Below, in pieces: positions 61,767 through 64,000 of a stretch of 64,000 nt of DNA. Under the pieces are notes generated by a model that saw nothing but the letters and a program-made list of their open reading frames with translations, did no database searches and was not told the origin of the DNA. The DNA comes from Setoptus koraiensis (lineage: Eukaryota > Animalia > Arthropoda): positions 4,960,001-5,024,000 of the forward strand of contig CM106586.1 of NCBI GenBank assembly GCA_048013815.1, read 5' to 3'. Made by a program: the position numbers and the translations under genes. Position 1 is the stretch's first letter. Every line of letters starts with the position of its first letter.

Positions 61767-62752
61767 CAAACATCAGATAACAGTGGGTCAGACGCGTGGA
61801 GCTCAGACTGGGGCCTGGACAGGGCCATCAAGCATCAGAGACTGACAGGTCAAGTGTAATAAGGATAGGCACTGGCACAGTAACATGCAGCTGCCCAAGT
61901 CCGAAGAACAGCACACAGGATCCAGATGATCCAGGTCCATATGCCCCGGGAGTATCCTAGGGGTGACAAGCGGACAAAGAACCAAGCTACCAAGCACAGG
62001 ATGACCATCAAAACGGACTGAGGATATCGCCAAACTGTGGAAGACACAAAGACCAGACAATAAGGTTGCCTAACATAAGGAAACAGCATCGCCATATGTA
62101 AAGGTAGGGCGACAGCCCTAAGAGAGAGAGAGAGAAACTAAGAAGAAGGCCGGTAAATCAACTGTCATTAGCTGTCAAATCATTAGCTCCAAGATAGCTA
62201 CAAAAGATAGTTACGAAAACATTAGCCATCAACTTCAACACATTATTTAGTGTCCCACTACAAACTGCGAACTTTTTTCTTGAATAACTTCTGATCCCCA
62301 CTGCGGGGGCAAAGTCTGGTTTGACTGGCCTGAACCGGCTGAACGAAATTGCCGCAATTCAGGTCGTTCTACTGTAGATGAGCCCTAGGCTGACTTGTGA
62401 ATACGGTTGCATGCCTTTTATTATCTAGTCGAGTATATATGTTTAAATGAATAAATATGGCATGCACTTGTTGACTCTCAATTTAGATTCTCTCAATTTA
62501 CTGTTGGCACTCATTCCGAGAATGAGCCTGCGGTTTCGAAGGATTGTGATATAAATAACTATCTGCGACAGTGCCCATCCACCATGCGAATGTAAGTCGT
62601 GCCGGTGAGTTTGGCGATTCTGGAAAGGAACTATAAAAAAAATTAACCATAACCATTTATAAGGCTATTTAACGTGTCTCGACAAGTGCAGAAATAACGA
62701 AATAAATAGCTGAAATTTATTATTGATTGGCGTCATCTAATCGATACCAATC

Positions 62753-63595
62753 ATGCATCTATTTAATGTCGTCAGTATTGCTTTTGGAGCTCTCATGTTG
62801 ATGAGTTTCAGCCATGCAATAGTTAGAGGACAGGAACGTTTTCTAAAACAAATAAAGACGATCAATAATGAAGTTGAAAAATGGTTCAACAGTGAATCTC
62901 ATGTGCTGTCGAATCTCAGAGGTGCCGTCGGTCATGCCAGTGTGGCCCATCTACAAAGTAAAAATCTTCAATGGCCAAGACAAATGATGAAAGTGTTACA
63001 AATGGCCACAAAAAATCGCTCGTCGAGTGGGATTAACATGGAAGAGGTTAATCATCTTGTTGCTGGTTTGCATCAAGACAACCTACATCTGAAGGCAAAA
63101 TTCAACACTAATTTCAACCACTATTTAAATGAAAAATCCAAACCAAGCAGGGATGGGTATCTCCGTCAATCTATCGATTTATGTACCCCTTACAATGTTC
63201 AGAGCAAAAATTATTTCAACTTTCAAAAAGCCATCGATGATCTTCTGAAATTAGCCAAGGAGGAGAATGTTGACGACATCCAGTTCAATAAGCTTGTTAT
63301 AACGAGTAGTGAGCCCATCGCACCACTTTATTCGGCCGCCAAGATCTGTCAAGCAGTTATAGCGGCAGTAGCTAGGAAGCCTTATAAAGATCATTTCGAA
63401 TGGTCGGGAGTCGCCGAACGTGCGCTTCAGGCATGGCCCTACCCGGGCAACTGGGCCTTCCCTATCCGAGGAGGAGCGAAAGATAGGCTCTTGGAGCAGA
63501 TGTATAGACGGCTTCAAGAGGTTAGAGACGAGCAGGAAAAGAGAAAAGGCGACGGCGAACTGAAGCCTCACCGAATTGACCTGTTCAACTTGTGA
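62753..63595 (+). CDS. orphan secreted protein, 280 aa, intronless
   Basis: Long intact ORF with a signal peptide (MHLFNVVSIAFGALMLMSFSHA). TATA-like TATAA at ~62626 and ~62658, and AATAAA at ~63637 and ~63720. No recognisable family motif. Confidence 0.7.
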   Translation: MHLFNVVSIAFGALMLMSFSHAIVRGQERFLKQIKTINNEVEKWFNSESHVLSNLRGAVGHASVAHLQSKNLQWPRQMMKVLQMATKNRSSSGINMEEVNHLVAGLHQDNLHLKAKFNTNFNHYLNEKSKPSRDGYLRQSIDLCTPYNVQSKNYFNFQKAIDDLLKLAKEENVDDIQFNKLVITSSEPIAPLYSAAKICQAVIAAVARKPYKDHFEWSGVAERALQAWPYPGNWAFPIRGGAKDRLLEQMYRRLQEVRDEQEKRKGDGELKPHRIDLFNL

Positions 63596-64000
63596 GGCAT
63601 TCGCCCCTATGCACATTCCTGTTCTCTAAACAGCGAAATAAATTTCGCTCAAGCAAATTTTAAAAATTGTTTGAGAGGACCAGAGATGAATCAGAAATCA
63701 GAATATTCAACGAATGATGAATAAAAAGCTCCCAATCATTCCAAATAAAACGATTTATTTTTCTAAATTTAGGCTGATTCAAGTTACAGATCGCTGTCAC
63801 CTATCGTGGAGACCAGCGATTCGCCCCGTTGTCGTGGTCATTGGTTAGTTGCTAGTGGGATATCCTTCCTTTTCTTCGTTTCATAATGTTTATAATGTTG
63901 CATGAACGTTGATTTTCATGCATTGAGTGAGATCATTTTGCATTCACATTGATGAAAAGTTGTGCTAATAATAAACTTCTCCCCTATAACGATTTGCAGC

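Overview
Eukaryotic genomic DNA, probably from an invertebrate. A small arthropod such as a mite is plausible from the polyQ/N-expanded exons, but this is inference only. The window has two halves. (1) About 1-28.3 kb holds a minus-strand, multi-exon alpha-catulin (vinculin/alpha-catenin family) gene with introns of about 17 kb and 7 kb. Two intronless orphan secreted-protein genes are nested antisense in those introns. (2) About 29.5-62.3 kb is a dense nested transposon island. It contains an intact Merlin (IS1595-like) transposase element plus about 7 non-autonomous derivatives, three with exact 8-bp TSDs. It also contains Spy-type long-TIR elements inserted at AAA|TTT without TSD, Helentron-associated (HINE-like) elements, a DD41D Tc1/mariner transposase, hAT/MULE/gypsy/copia fragments and a RING-finger ORF. 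A third orphan secreted-protein gene follows at 62.7-63.6 kb. The most unusual signal is a ~155-bp multi-hairpin module just downstream of the Merlin transposase. It is nearly invariant in 8 copies while the rest of the element diverges, and the few changes fall mostly in loops and keep GNA/GNNA loop motifs. All calls were made by eye from the sequence and remembered family motifs; no database searches were run.
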